Program-made: the position numbers and the translations under genes
Notes under the pieces: model-generated
What the model was told of the DNA's origin: nothing
Databases searched by the model: none
Seen by the model: only the letters and a program-made list of their open reading frames with translations
In this document: positions 8,354-18,004 of the stretch, in pieces
Numbering within the stretch: position 1 is the stretch's first letter
Layout of the letters: every line of letters begins with the position of its first letter
From: a virus
Lineage: Duplodnaviria > Caudoviricetes
Reading direction: 5' to 3' (one strand)
Virus record (IMG/VR): IMGVR_UViG_3300042391_001116
Location: 1,309-65,308 of that record
DNA length: 64,000 bases

Positions 8354-9270
8354 TACGACTCCATCAGGATTTTTTTGATCTCTTCTCTTTCAACATCGCT
8401 TAGATCAATAGATGACATACCATTCCACTTATTCTCGCCATAGGCATACCAAGCACCACGACGCTGAATAATATTGGCTTCAATTGCCATGTCAATAAGT
8501 TCACGTTCTGTATCAATCATACCCTTATCAGGAAGAACATAATAATAACCAGTTGTTCCAATAGTAGGAAGCTGCTTAGTTTTCTCAATTGTCCAAGTAG
8601 CGCGCTGACTAGTGATACGACTTGAGTCATCTCTCTCCATTTCCTTTTGTGACATAGAAAGAAATAGTTTAACAATGTTATGCATATTATGATGAACGGT
8701 ATTACCCATCTTTGCTTTGGTTACAGCAAACATTCCGCTTAAATCAACAGTTTGATGAGCGACAAACAGCATAATATTTTTTTCTTTATGAAGGTGATTA
8801 ACCAGCTTTTGCAAAAAGTAGCCTTGTGATCGTGCTTGTAATCCTAATGCTTTACCACCGTCAGGCTTGTCATAAAACTCTTCCTTAATAATATTAGAAA
8901 GACTATCAAACAAGAAGATGTGCTTCTCGTCAGGATGATTCAAATATGGTACAAGGCTCTTAAGAATATCTTCAACAATAGTTGATTGAATAACAACAAC
9001 ATCGCTAATATCAATTCCACATTTTTGAGCGTATACATCAGAATAAGAGTACTCTGAATCAATAATGACAGGTCGATAGCCCATCTTTTGTGCTTGAGAA
9101 ATAATTCTAAAACACATAGTTGTTTTACCAACCGATGGTGTTCCCCAAAATAAATGAGTTGCCCCGGAGTTAAGTCCACCACCTAAAGCCCTGTTTAATG
9201 CAAGGCTAGGTGTTGGAATAATTTCATGTTCAGGCATTTTATCGCCTTTACGCTTGTCTACAAATAACAT
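8353..9270 (-). CDS. recA: RecA/UvsX-like recombinase
   Basis: SLALNRALGGG, Walker A GTPSVGKTT, Walker B FLFDSL, C-terminal IQRRGAWYAY. Confidence 0.9.
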   Translation of the reverse strand: MLFVDKRKGDKMPEHEIIPTPSLALNRALGGGLNSGATHLFWGTPSVGKTTMCFRIISQAQKMGYRPVIIDSEYSYSDVYAQKCGIDISDVVVIQSTIVEDILKSLVPYLNHPDEKHIFLFDSLSNIIKEEFYDKPDGGKALGLQARSQGYFLQKLVNHLHKEKNIMLFVAHQTVDLSGMFAVTKAKMGNTVHHNMHNIVKLFLSMSQKEMERDDSSRITSQRATWTIEKTKQLPTIGTTGYYYVLPDKGMIDTERELIDMAIEANIIQRRGAWYAYGENKWNGMSSIDLSDVEREEIKKILMES

Positions 9271-9273
9271 TAT

Positions 9274-9768
9274 TTACTTTCTTTCTAAGACAACTAGTCT
9301 TCTCTTTGTATGGGGAACAAACCCCGGCAAATCCAAATCACAAAATTCAAAGTCCATTGCTACAGTAACCTTTTTATCAGTTGACTCTAGTATAGCACTC
9401 GCCTGTAACACACTAGGCTCATGCTCAACAGAATGTTCAATAATAACCACCCGAGCAGAATCCACCATAGCCTTAAAACAAGCCCACTCAGGCTCTTCCC
9501 CCTCAATTTCTAACCCCATAGCCATGATTCCACAGTTTGTTAGTTTTAAATCGCCAACACCGCCTTCAAACCAATCCTGAACGGAGCCATGGAAGGCACC
9601 TGTGATAGACTTCAAGGGGTCAATAGCAATCAATCTGTTATGGGTTTTGATAGTATTTTTATAAGCGCCTACATCAATCACGGCATCTAGGTCGTCGCCA
9701 AGGAAATACTCACAAATATGGTGTCTGAGCATGTATTCTTTGCTAACCAAATATTCCCATCTGTCCAT
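9274..9768 (-). CDS. possible class I SAM-methyltransferase-like protein
   Basis: VIDVGAY and IAIDP motifs; ATG at 9768 overlaps the upstream stop (TGATG). Confidence 0.5.
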   Translation of the reverse strand: MDRWEYLVSKEYMLRHHICEYFLGDDLDAVIDVGAYKNTIKTHNRLIAIDPLKSITGAFHGSVQDWFEGGVGDLKLTNCGIMAMGLEIEGEEPEWACFKAMVDSARVVIIEHSVEHEPSVLQASAILESTDKKVTVAMDFEFCDLDLPGFVPHTKRRLVVLERK

Positions 9769-10364
9769 CAGAAACCAACCTTTGGCATTATCAAGGCTGT
9801 ACCGCAACCTACAGGGAAATTCACCATGTCGTGATTATTCTCTGATGACCAATCCACTGCTGCTTTATAAGAGCCGATAGGCGGATGGTCTCCGTCAGAA
9901 GGGTTGTTTGTATCATGAATAGTTATAGCCCACTTCTTATGCTTATTCATTCGGCTTCCATAATGCTCAAGGTCACGATAGACCTGATCATAAGAATGGT
10001 CAGCATCAACATGAAGATAATCAATATCACTGAAACGCTCGTACACATCATCAGTCATGGCTTGATAAAGTTTTATATCCTCATAACCTTTGATTTCACC
10101 TTCATAAGTTGGCAAACCCCAAGGTCCAACATTCGCATCAATTAAGGAAACATTCGTATGAACAATCCTAAACTGCTTGACTAAATCTTGTTGAGCTTTA
10201 AGCATTAACTTTGGAACAAACCCAGCTCCTGACCCAAGACATACACAATTCTTTGCTTCTATTGAGTAGGGGATCCCATAATAAAAGATACCCATACCAA
10301 GATAGGAATTATATGCTCCATGAGACTCAGACCATTTTGATTCTTTTATGATTTCATCAAACAC
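9768..10364 (-). CDS. class I SAM methyltransferase (Methyltransf_24-like)
   Basis: LGSGAGF, LIDA, YLHVDADHSYDQVYRDL, ITIHDT; GTG start overlaps the dnaE stop. Confidence 0.82.
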   Translation of the reverse strand: MFDEIIKESKWSESHGAYNSYLGMGIFYYGIPYSIEAKNCVCLGSGAGFVPKLMLKAQQDLVKQFRIVHTNVSLIDANVGPWGLPTYEGEIKGYEDIKLYQAMTDDVYERFSDIDYLHVDADHSYDQVYRDLEHYGSRMNKHKKWAITIHDTNNPSDGDHPPIGSYKAAVDWSSENNHDMVNFPVGCGTALIMPKVGF

Positions 10365-13300
10365 TTTCTGGCACCTTAATCCCTTTCCTCTGAATGTAAT
10401 CTTGAATAGAAATAATTGAAGTATCAGTAGCAAGTTTATACGAGTCAAGACGAGTGAGTGCTTCTTTTTCAACAATCTTAGACATTTTTACAGCAAACCA
10501 GCCATTATCTTTAATAACATGCTTGATCTTTCCATACACCATGGGGAAAATAACAATCTTAATAATCTTAATACCATCCCAGGCGTAAAGATTAGCCATG
10601 TTCTTACCCTTAGCAGTCACAAAAGATCTACTACTGAACACGTGAACAAGCGCCTTATCTGTCTCTTCAGAGTCACAAATACCTAATTCTTCCTGATAGA
10701 GCCAGCTTAAGTCATGCTCAAGACCTTGGTCCATCATGGTAATTAACTCCATTATTTCAGAGTTATGGCACTCATAAGCATCACAGAACATATGAAGCGT
10801 TCTGTCCCCGATCAAGGCATAAATTAACTGCCTGTTTGAGATCTCAGCGTTCCTATCACAAAAGATCGTAGTTGAGCCAGATTGATCTTCTATTTCAACA
10901 CGGAGGTATTGAGGGGTTTTCTTGGTAGAACGCACCACAGCCTTCACAATGGTCAAAGGAGAGTTAATCTCATGGAAGTCCGCCAAAGGCTTCACATACT
11001 TATCAATCTCATTCTCATCCTGATTAAGATTGATAGCAAACCCCAAAATAGGCAAATAATACTTCTCATTATCATAAGCCGAAGTATAGCCAAGGCTCTT
11101 ATAAGCCCCAACCTTATCCAAGCTATCCCGAAGTTTAGTATTAACACGCTTCTTACTGCACTTGGCATTAAATTCCTCAATAGACGAAAAAGGTCTCAAC
11201 TCAAGAATCTCAGTAATAGCACTACCACCACAACCACTCACATTACGAAGCCCAAAACGAATACCATCATCATCAATAGAAAACGACTCATTAGACAAAT
11301 TCACATCAGGCGGATTAACCTTAACACCCATACGATTAGCCTCCATCAAATAAGCCGTAATTCTATCCTGAGCATCCTCATTATAAAGAAGCGACCAAAT
11401 AAACTCAATCGGATAATGAACCTTCAACCACATCGTCTGATACGACAACATAGAATAAGCAACAGCATGAGACTTATTAAACATATACAAAGCTGCTAAT
11501 TCAAACTCAGACCACATCTTCTCAGCAGCCTTAGGCGTAATGATAGCATTACTAATAAACTTATCACGATACTGATCAAAGTCGGCAGCATCACGTTTCT
11601 TACCAATGATCTTACGCAACTTGTCAGCCTCAGCCCAAGTAAACCCAGCAATACTCACAGCCATCTGCATCAACTGCTCCTGAAAAATAACCGTACCAAA
11701 AGTTTCCTTCAAAATACCCTCGACTGAAGGATGAGGATACACAGGCTTCTCCTTACCCTTCTTACAGTCAATATACTTCTGACCCTGAGACAACAAAGCG
11801 CCCGGTCTAACCAAAGCATTACTTACAGCAAGATCATTAAAATTAGAAATCCCCATACGCTCAATAAGATTCCTATAAGCCGAAGCATCAACTTGGAAGA
11901 TCCCAACCGTATTAGCATCATCAAAATTCTTATAAACAAGATCATCATCCAAAGCCAAAGAAAGATCCGTAACATCAACACCATGCCTCTCCTTAACCTT
12001 AGCCAAACAATCCTTAATAACCGAAACCATCTTCAAACCCAAAATATCAACCTTGATCAGACCAACCGCCTCAGCATCCTCCATATCAAAAGCCGTAACA
12101 ATAGAACGCTCATCATCACCACGATTCTTCCGACTCTCAACAGGACACACCTCATTCAGTGGCACAGACGACACCACCATACCAGCAGCATGCACACCAG
12201 AAGTACGAATCCGATTCTCCAACTTACGAGCAATAGGAATAATATCAGGATACTTAGAAGCAAACACACGCCCCTTAGCCGAAGCCTCCAACTCATCCAA
12301 AGTCTCAAAAAACGGCGTAATATTATTAATCTCCTCATACGGCACCTGATACACACGCGCAATATCCTTAATAACACTCTTAGCCTTAAACGTACCATAA
12401 ATAGAAATCGCGGCAACATTATCCTTACCCCAACGACCCCTCAAATACTGCTTAACCTCATCACGACGCTTATCCTCAAAGTCCAAATCAATATCAGGAT
12501 AATCATTACGCTCAGGATTCAAAAAACGAGAAAACAACAAACCATACTTAATAGGATCAACCTTAGAAATATCCAACAAAAAGGCCAACAAACTACCACC
12601 AACACTACCACGACCAGGACCACGCCCAACATTATTATTATCAGCCCATTTAATCAAATCCCAAACCATCAAAAAATAGTCAGAAAAACCAAGCCGAGCA
12701 ATAACCCCCAACTCCTCATCCAACCTAACCCCATACTCCTCAGACAACCCACGCCGACCAAGTTCAAACACAGCAATCTCACGCAAATACTCATCCGAAT
12801 CCAAAGCCTTCAAATACTTAGGCAACAACTTCCGCTTAACAGCAATCTCCGCAGTGCATTTTTGTGCCACCTCCATCGTGTTCTCTAAGATATCTGTCCT
12901 ATCCAAACCAACAGTACTAAACCACGATTGAATCTCTGAAGCAGAAGCGATATAAGGATTGATCTCATCAAAGCGCAAAAAGCGATCTGGATACATAGCA
13001 TTAATTTTCTCAATAGTGCTACCCTCATGGCGACAATTCTCTTTAGCCTTACGCAAGTCACCAGCGTTCAACGAAGGATACTGAGAGATCATCAGCAAAA
13101 CTTCCTCGTCACCACGATCATGAACTGTCGGGAAATGGCAGTCAGCAGTCGCTACAGGCTTCTTATTGAAAGCACTAGCCAAATCCAAGATACCTTTATT
13201 AATCTTAGGTGGATTCCATGCCTGTACTTCATAATAGAAGTCATCACCAAAGATTTTAATAAACCGTTCCGACAAATATTCAGCACGACTGGTGTTACCA

Positions 13301-13743
13301 GCATCAATAGCTTTTGCAATCGCACCGCCAAGACAGCCAGATAAAGCAACAATGTCATCATCAACCAAATCAGTTAATAGATCAAAGTCCACTCTAGGCT
13401 TGTAATAGAAGTTATTTGTCCAACCAATCTGGCTAGCTTTAAATAACTTCTTTAACCCCTCATCGTTCTTTGCTAAAAGAATAAGGTGAGATCTTTCATG
13501 ATGACCATCACCATCAGAGTTAACAGAATCAACAAAGTAAGCTTCAACACCAAACAAAGGTTTGACGTTAGTCTTTCTACAAGCATCTTGGAACTTTAAA
13601 ACACCGCCCATAGTTCCATGATCTGTTATTGAAGCAGCATACTGTCCATTGCTAGAAGCAATATTTGCAATGTCAGTTGGTGTAGACATTCCATCCAGCA
13701 AAGAATATTCTGAATGACAATGTAAGTGCACGAAATCAGTCAC
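10357..13743 (-). CDS. dnaE: DNA polymerase III alpha subunit (C family)
   Basis: PHP HLHCHSEYSLLDG, GRGSVGGS, PDIDLDF, GVHAAG, KVDILGL, FNKSHAVAY; no intein seen. Confidence 0.97.
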   Translation of the reverse strand: MTDFVHLHCHSEYSLLDGMSTPTDIANIASSNGQYAASITDHGTMGGVLKFQDACRKTNVKPLFGVEAYFVDSVNSDGDGHHERSHLILLAKNDEGLKKLFKASQIGWTNNFYYKPRVDFDLLTDLVDDDIVALSGCLGGAIAKAIDAGNTSRAEYLSERFIKIFGDDFYYEVQAWNPPKINKGILDLASAFNKKPVATADCHFPTVHDRGDEEVLLMISQYPSLNAGDLRKAKENCRHEGSTIEKINAMYPDRFLRFDEINPYIASASEIQSWFSTVGLDRTDILENTMEVAQKCTAEIAVKRKLLPKYLKALDSDEYLREIAVFELGRRGLSEEYGVRLDEELGVIARLGFSDYFLMVWDLIKWADNNNVGRGPGRGSVGGSLLAFLLDISKVDPIKYGLLFSRFLNPERNDYPDIDLDFEDKRRDEVKQYLRGRWGKDNVAAISIYGTFKAKSVIKDIARVYQVPYEEINNITPFFETLDELEASAKGRVFASKYPDIIPIARKLENRIRTSGVHAAGMVVSSVPLNEVCPVESRKNRGDDERSIVTAFDMEDAEAVGLIKVDILGLKMVSVIKDCLAKVKERHGVDVTDLSLALDDDLVYKNFDDANTVGIFQVDASAYRNLIERMGISNFNDLAVSNALVRPGALLSQGQKYIDCKKGKEKPVYPHPSVEGILKETFGTVIFQEQLMQMAVSIAGFTWAEADKLRKIIGKKRDAADFDQYRDKFISNAIITPKAAEKMWSEFELAALYMFNKSHAVAYSMLSYQTMWLKVHYPIEFIWSLLYNEDAQDRITAYLMEANRMGVKVNPPDVNLSNESFSIDDDGIRFGLRNVSGCGGSAITEILELRPFSSIEEFNAKCSKKRVNTKLRDSLDKVGAYKSLGYTSAYDNEKYYLPILGFAINLNQDENEIDKYVKPLADFHEINSPLTIVKAVVRSTKKTPQYLRVEIEDQSGSTTIFCDRNAEISNRQLIYALIGDRTLHMFCDAYECHNSEIMELITMMDQGLEHDLSWLYQEELGICDSEETDKALVHVFSSRSFVTAKGKNMANLYAWDGIKIIKIVIFPMVYGKIKHVIKDNGWFAVKMSKIVEKEALTRLDSYKLATDTSIISIQDYIQRKGIKVPESV

Positions 13744-13745
13744 TA

Positions 13746-14279
13746 CTATCCAATCTTCAATTCACTCAGTGAATTGATTGAGTTCAAACTCCCTATTAAG
13801 TAAGAATTATACCATGTCTTAAAAACATATGACGGTGCCGTTGTCATTGCCCGAACTTTATTTACTTCATATGGATTATCATCAACATACAAAGCAGGTC
13901 CAATTTTGTTAATAAAATTAAATTTCTCATACATATCACATACAATTACATCAGAGTACATGACGCTCCACTTATCAAGCCAAGTGTGTATAGCATTAAT
14001 AGAATTATCAGATCTTCTAGCCGTAATAAAAAAAATGTCATAGCCATTCATGAACCAATCATTGACGCTATGCCATGAGTCTTTAATAGGTAGCAAATCA
14101 TACCAAAAAGCTTTATTATCAAATAAATGCTCTAAACTTTCATCACCATAAGGTGTCAATAAAGCCTTGGCTATTGATTTAGATGTAATTTTAATATCTT
14201 TATTCTCAGCATACTGAACTAATTGTTTGCTAATATCTGTTAAAACTCCATCAAGGTCTAAACAAATTTTTTTATTCAT
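13746..14279 (-). CDS. HAD-family 5'(3')-deoxyribonucleotidase-like protein
   Basis: CLDLDGVLTD, FITAR, YVDDNP. Confidence 0.8.
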   Translation of the reverse strand: MNKKICLDLDGVLTDISKQLVQYAENKDIKITSKSIAKALLTPYGDESLEHLFDNKAFWYDLLPIKDSWHSVNDWFMNGYDIFFITARRSDNSINAIHTWLDKWSVMYSDVIVCDMYEKFNFINKIGPALYVDDNPYEVNKVRAMTTAPSYVFKTWYNSYLIGSLNSINSLSELKIG

Positions 14280-14282
14280 AAC

Positions 14283-14318
14283 GCCAGCCTTTGCTGGCAG
14301 GGTTTTACCCCTGCCAGC
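14283..14318 (-). promoter_or_regulatory. two mutually exclusive RNA hairpins between ssb and the HAD gene
   Basis: 10-bp stem 14293-14302/14309-14318 (loop 6) overlaps a 6-bp stem 14283-14288/14293-14298 covering the AAAGG just upstream of ATG 14279. Confidence 0.55.
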
Positions 14319-14330
14319 CTAAAGCATCAA

Positions 14331-14969
14331 TCACCAACTGTCCTTAGCAACTTCACCTGTAGTGAAGAACGCTTCCTGCTTTGCATAAGGCAAAGTCATG
14401 TAAACGCTGTTAAGGTCATGTGTTGGCAAAGACTTAATGTTCTCTGGCATTGGCGACTGATCCAACGGAATCAAAGTGTAATTGGTATCCTGAGCACCTG
14501 AACCAGTGCGTGAGTACTTGTAGTAACGGTCAGTAATAGAACCGAACTCCTTTGCGTACTCAATCAAGATAAGACCAATATGACGTTGATTAAACGTAGT
14601 GTCAATAATGCGCGGTTCCCAAGTGCCAGGCTCAGTCTCAATAGCAACGTTCATAAGTAAGTGAGCCTTTGGTCTCCAACGACCATCTTTTGTAACCTGC
14701 TCACTAGCCCAACAACGATAATTGAACTTCTCAAGCCCAGAAGTTGAAGCTGCACGCCACTTCCAGTTGATTGGTGATGTAACAACTGGTACAGTGATTG
14801 CTGTACCGATTGCCTCATCAAAGTTTTTTGAATCTTCTGTCAATTCCTGACGGAAGCGAATCTTAAAAGTTTCACCCGATTGGATCGTGAAAAACTTCTT
14901 TGTACCCGACGCGCTTTGTGACGGAATATTCTTCTCTAAGTCTTTTAGTGTTTTTAATGATTGAAACAT
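14331..14969 (-). CDS. single-stranded DNA-binding protein (gp32-like)
   Basis: KKFFTIQSGETFKIRF, KYSRTGSGAQDTNY; position between primase and polymerase. Confidence 0.7.
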   Translation of the reverse strand: MFQSLKTLKDLEKNIPSQSASGTKKFFTIQSGETFKIRFRQELTEDSKNFDEAIGTAITVPVVTSPINWKWRAASTSGLEKFNYRCWASEQVTKDGRWRPKAHLLMNVAIETEPGTWEPRIIDTTFNQRHIGLILIEYAKEFGSITDRYYKYSRTGSGAQDTNYTLIPLDQSPMPENIKSLPTHDLNSVYMTLPYAKQEAFFTTGEVAKDSW

Positions 14970-14972
14970 TTC

Positions 14973-15899
14973 CTACCTACCTCCAATGATTGTTTGTTTG
15001 TTTTGATATGATTTTTGTATTTCCTGCTCGGACATTTCGCATGGGTCTTTTACATGATCTGAAATGATCATGCGACTCAAGTCCTTGCCTTCGCAAGATC
15101 TAATTATAGCATCGCACATGGCATCTCCAGCGTCATCTCTGTCAGAAAAAATAATTATTTTATCAAACCATTTTCTCAACATAGATGACTGATTCTCTGA
15201 CACCTTTGCACCAAGTGTTGCTACACAATTTTTATAACCAGCTTGAATTACTTTTGCACAGTCTAAACTTCCTTCTACAACTATGCACTCATCAAACTTT
15301 TTTGCATTCTGTATATTGAATAATATATCTGCTCTTTTAAATCCCTTATTGTAAAGATACCTTGGATCTTGCCAATCATGAATAGCCCTACCAATTAAAC
15401 CTACAACATTATATTTTGTATCTCTAACTGGTATCACTATTCTATCTTTGACCTTTGAAAATCCAATCTCTAAATAAGCTAAAGTTTCTTTAGTCAACCC
15501 TCTTTCAATTAATGGTTGCAATAGATTTAACTCATCACTATTGTAATCAATCTTAATTGAATCAGTTGTTAACTCCTCGACCTTTGCTGGATTCAAAGAC
15601 CTTTCTAATTGATACTGCAAATTTACAGGATCAACTACATTTTCACGACCATATGATTTGCCAGTAACATGCTTATACAGTTGCCTAAAGTTACCTTTTC
15701 TATCACATGATGGATTAAAGCACTGCCATAGCCCGGTCTTCAAGTTTATATAGAAAGCAGGGCTGTGTGTATTCTTATGAAATGGGCAATAAAGAGTTGC
15801 CTCTTTACCACTCTCTGTTTGAATATTTATATTATTATCAGAAAACAATCTTCTGATATCTGACTCAAGGTTACTTGAGGAATACAATTTTGAATTCAA
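14973..15899 (-). CDS. DNA primase (DnaG-like, CHC2 Zn finger + TOPRIM)
   Basis: CPFH...WQCFNPSC, VVEGSLD, DRDDAGD. Confidence 0.92.
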   Translation of the reverse strand: MNSKLYSSSNLESDIRRLFSDNNINIQTESGKEATLYCPFHKNTHSPAFYINLKTGLWQCFNPSCDRKGNFRQLYKHVTGKSYGRENVVDPVNLQYQLERSLNPAKVEELTTDSIKIDYNSDELNLLQPLIERGLTKETLAYLEIGFSKVKDRIVIPVRDTKYNVVGLIGRAIHDWQDPRYLYNKGFKRADILFNIQNAKKFDECIVVEGSLDCAKVIQAGYKNCVATLGAKVSENQSSMLRKWFDKIIIFSDRDDAGDAMCDAIIRSCEGKDLSRMIISDHVKDPCEMSEQEIQKSYQNKQTIIGGR

Positions 15900-16062
15900 A
15901 AGTCTCAGTCTCCTGCTTGTAATCTGTATAAAGTTTGGTACTAGAAAACTTGTACTTTTCCTTTATTTCATCTTCCATCCAAGGCCTAAGTCTAATAATA
16001 GATTCAACATCACGACTTGTACCCTTAAGAACATATGCTACTGAATTATCTTTTGTTTTCAT
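15871..16062 (-). CDS. hypothetical protein
   Basis: ATGA-coupled to the helicase stop. Confidence 0.6.
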   Translation of the reverse strand: MKTKDNSVAYVLKGTSRDVESIIRLRPWMEDEIKEKYKFSSTKLYTDYKQETETFEFKIVFLK

Positions 16063-17288
16063 CCTAAATCCCATTCTTCATTCCACTTACCAGTTTCAAG
16101 ATTCCATCTTAGATAAAAACCAAAATGGCTTGCTCGTCTGACCTTGCGTGATACAACCTGAAACAGATCAGAATTATATTCACGATGAATTGCCAAAACT
16201 AGGTCGGCATCATAAGCCAATTGCTTTGACCATGCTACTTCCTCAAGTTCTGGCGGTCTGTCTCCATGACCTTCTGCCATAGTTACTGCTGCTACGTCAA
16301 TAATAGGAATATTGTTTTTAACAGCAATTCTTTTAAAAGCTTTTGAAAGGTTCTTTGCTTTTTCTGTTTCAGTCTTTGCACCGCTTGAATCATCAAACAA
16401 ACCATGATAGTCAAGAATAACCATATCTGGTTGATACTGGTCAATCTTAGCCTGAACCATGTTCTGGTCTGCTGTCTCAAGCCCCTCTGATGTAATCAGA
16501 TAGATCGGTTGCTTACCCTCAAAAGTCTTCTCAGCCCATGAAGCATATCTATCCACAATCTTGGCATTGGCTTTAACAAGGTCAGTATTAGTAAAGTTAC
16601 CTTCACCATTATTTAACAATGTGTCTAGTCTTTGACCTTCTTGAAGTTTATTCATTTCTAATGAAATAATCATTGGTCTATAGCCAGCTCGCCAAGCATT
16701 AGCAGCAAATAGTCTTGCAATAAAAGACTTGCCAACGCCTGTCCAACCTAGCAACACAATAAAGTCACCAGCCTGCCAACCACCAAACACTTTATCAATA
16801 ACACTAATACCGCTGGGAATACCAACAATATCACTATCAGGATTGAGCGAACGTTCACGCAGTTCATTACTACGGTCACGCCATTCACCCGCCAAGTCAG
16901 TATCCTTTAGATTGCTAGAATACTTATACAACTTAGAAGTGTTTTCCATTAGATAAGACAAAGCTTCTTTTGGACCAAGTTCACCTAGAAGAGAATGAGC
17001 CTGGGCAACAATCCTTCTAGTTTGCAGAGCCAAAGATTCTCTCTTAGCCTGTTCAACATAGTAACCTAAAGGCTCTGTCGCTGTAATAAACTCAAAGTCA
17101 GAGAAATGAGATTTAATAGTATCTTTTGATGGTGGTTTACTATGCTTATCGTAATGACTTAGAATAAAATTCCAGATATCCCGATACTCAGCAAATACAC
17201 CATCAACTCCCTCGTTTACAGCGGAAACCATGTCACCGCTTTCAACAATTGAGTTAATCAATCGCATTTCATAGTTCATATTCTTCAA
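16059..17288 (-). CDS. dnaB: DnaB-like replicative helicase
   Basis: GWTGVGKS, ISLEM, VILDYHGL, LAYDAD. Confidence 0.92.
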   Translation of the reverse strand: MKNMNYEMRLINSIVESGDMVSAVNEGVDGVFAEYRDIWNFILSHYDKHSKPPSKDTIKSHFSDFEFITATEPLGYYVEQAKRESLALQTRRIVAQAHSLLGELGPKEALSYLMENTSKLYKYSSNLKDTDLAGEWRDRSNELRERSLNPDSDIVGIPSGISVIDKVFGGWQAGDFIVLLGWTGVGKSFIARLFAANAWRAGYRPMIISLEMNKLQEGQRLDTLLNNGEGNFTNTDLVKANAKIVDRYASWAEKTFEGKQPIYLITSEGLETADQNMVQAKIDQYQPDMVILDYHGLFDDSSGAKTETEKAKNLSKAFKRIAVKNNIPIIDVAAVTMAEGHGDRPPELEEVAWSKQLAYDADLVLAIHREYNSDLFQVVSRKVRRASHFGFYLRWNLETGKWNEEWDLG

Positions 17289-17589
17289 TCAACTTTCTTG
17301 TGTCGGCAACTGTTTGTTTAAATTTATCAATTGATAAACGTTCTTTCTTTACTTTATCAACAAAGTCTCTTGATTTAATAGCAAAATCAAAAACAAGCAT
17401 TGGCCCATATTCTGATTTTACATATAATTTGATAGCATTAAGCAAGTCATCACTATCGTAATGCTTTGCCATGCTATCGGCTATATCTTCTTGACGAGGG
17501 GAATCTGGAATAAATAACTTACCTTCAGATTCGCACACTGCTTTAAACGCTTGAATTAAATCACTACCAGCAATTGACATTGGTATCAT
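17269..17589 (-). CDS. hypothetical protein
   Basis: Coupled ORF in the replication operon. Confidence 0.65.
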   Translation of the reverse strand: MIPMSIAGSDLIQAFKAVCESEGKLFIPDSPRQEDIADSMAKHYDSDDLLNAIKLYVKSEYGPMLVFDFAIKSRDFVDKVKKERLSIDKFKQTVADTRKLIEEYEL

Positions 17590-17813
17590 CCATCTTTTTG
17601 AAATTTGATAATTAATCTTTCATATTCGGATACGCCAGCAATTACGCCAACAATAACATCACTATCGCTACTGAAAGCGTTAGTTAAACATTGTTTGTGC
17701 ATAGTGCACTTGGCGCAACCACTCTTGGCGTATTCTATATCAACAAGGTTATAAGATAACCATCTTTGTGAATGCTCATCTTGTGAGCAAACCGCTTTAC
17801 TAAGCCATGTCAC
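17586..17813 (-). CDS. whiB: WhiB-like Fe-S transcription factor
   Basis: WLSKAVC...AKSGCAKCTMHKQCL...GVIAG (variant of GV/IWGG). Confidence 0.75.
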   Translation of the reverse strand: MTWLSKAVCSQDEHSQRWLSYNLVDIEYAKSGCAKCTMHKQCLTNAFSSDSDVIVGVIAGVSEYERLIIKFQKDG

Positions 17814-18004
17814 TTATCAAGTTCTTTAAGCTTTGCCTCAATTTGTTCGTCAAGAGCAGCCCAAAGTTTTTTCCATGATGATTCATCTTCCATTGAAGAT
17901 GCCATAATCTTAGCACCAGCATCAAGGCGAAGAGATTCATAATTACCAAGGTTCTTGGTAATACCTACCGATGCCCAAATTTCTGCTTTATCATTGTCAA
18001 TCAT
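17810..18004 (-). CDS. conserved phage hypothetical protein
   Basis: SVGITKNLGNYESLRLDAG; coupled ORF. Confidence 0.7.
   Translation of the reverse strand: MIDNDKAEIWASVGITKNLGNYESLRLDAGAKIMASSMEDESSWKKLWAALDEQIEAKLKELDK

Noticed and set aside
9768-10475. ORF-track N-terminal extensions (also 2850, 3744, 7075, 9807, 20027, 36986, 58048)
   Set aside because: They overlap upstream genes or promoters; downstream starts with SD or stop-start coupling fit better.
11731-12888. 385-aa and 205-aa (10882-11499) plus-strand ORFs antisense to dnaE
   Set aside because: The 385-aa ORF is in the same codon register as dnaE. Loss of A-ending codons removes antisense stops, and nearly all antisense codons start with A or C. 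By-product of the G/T bias; no SD or domain.
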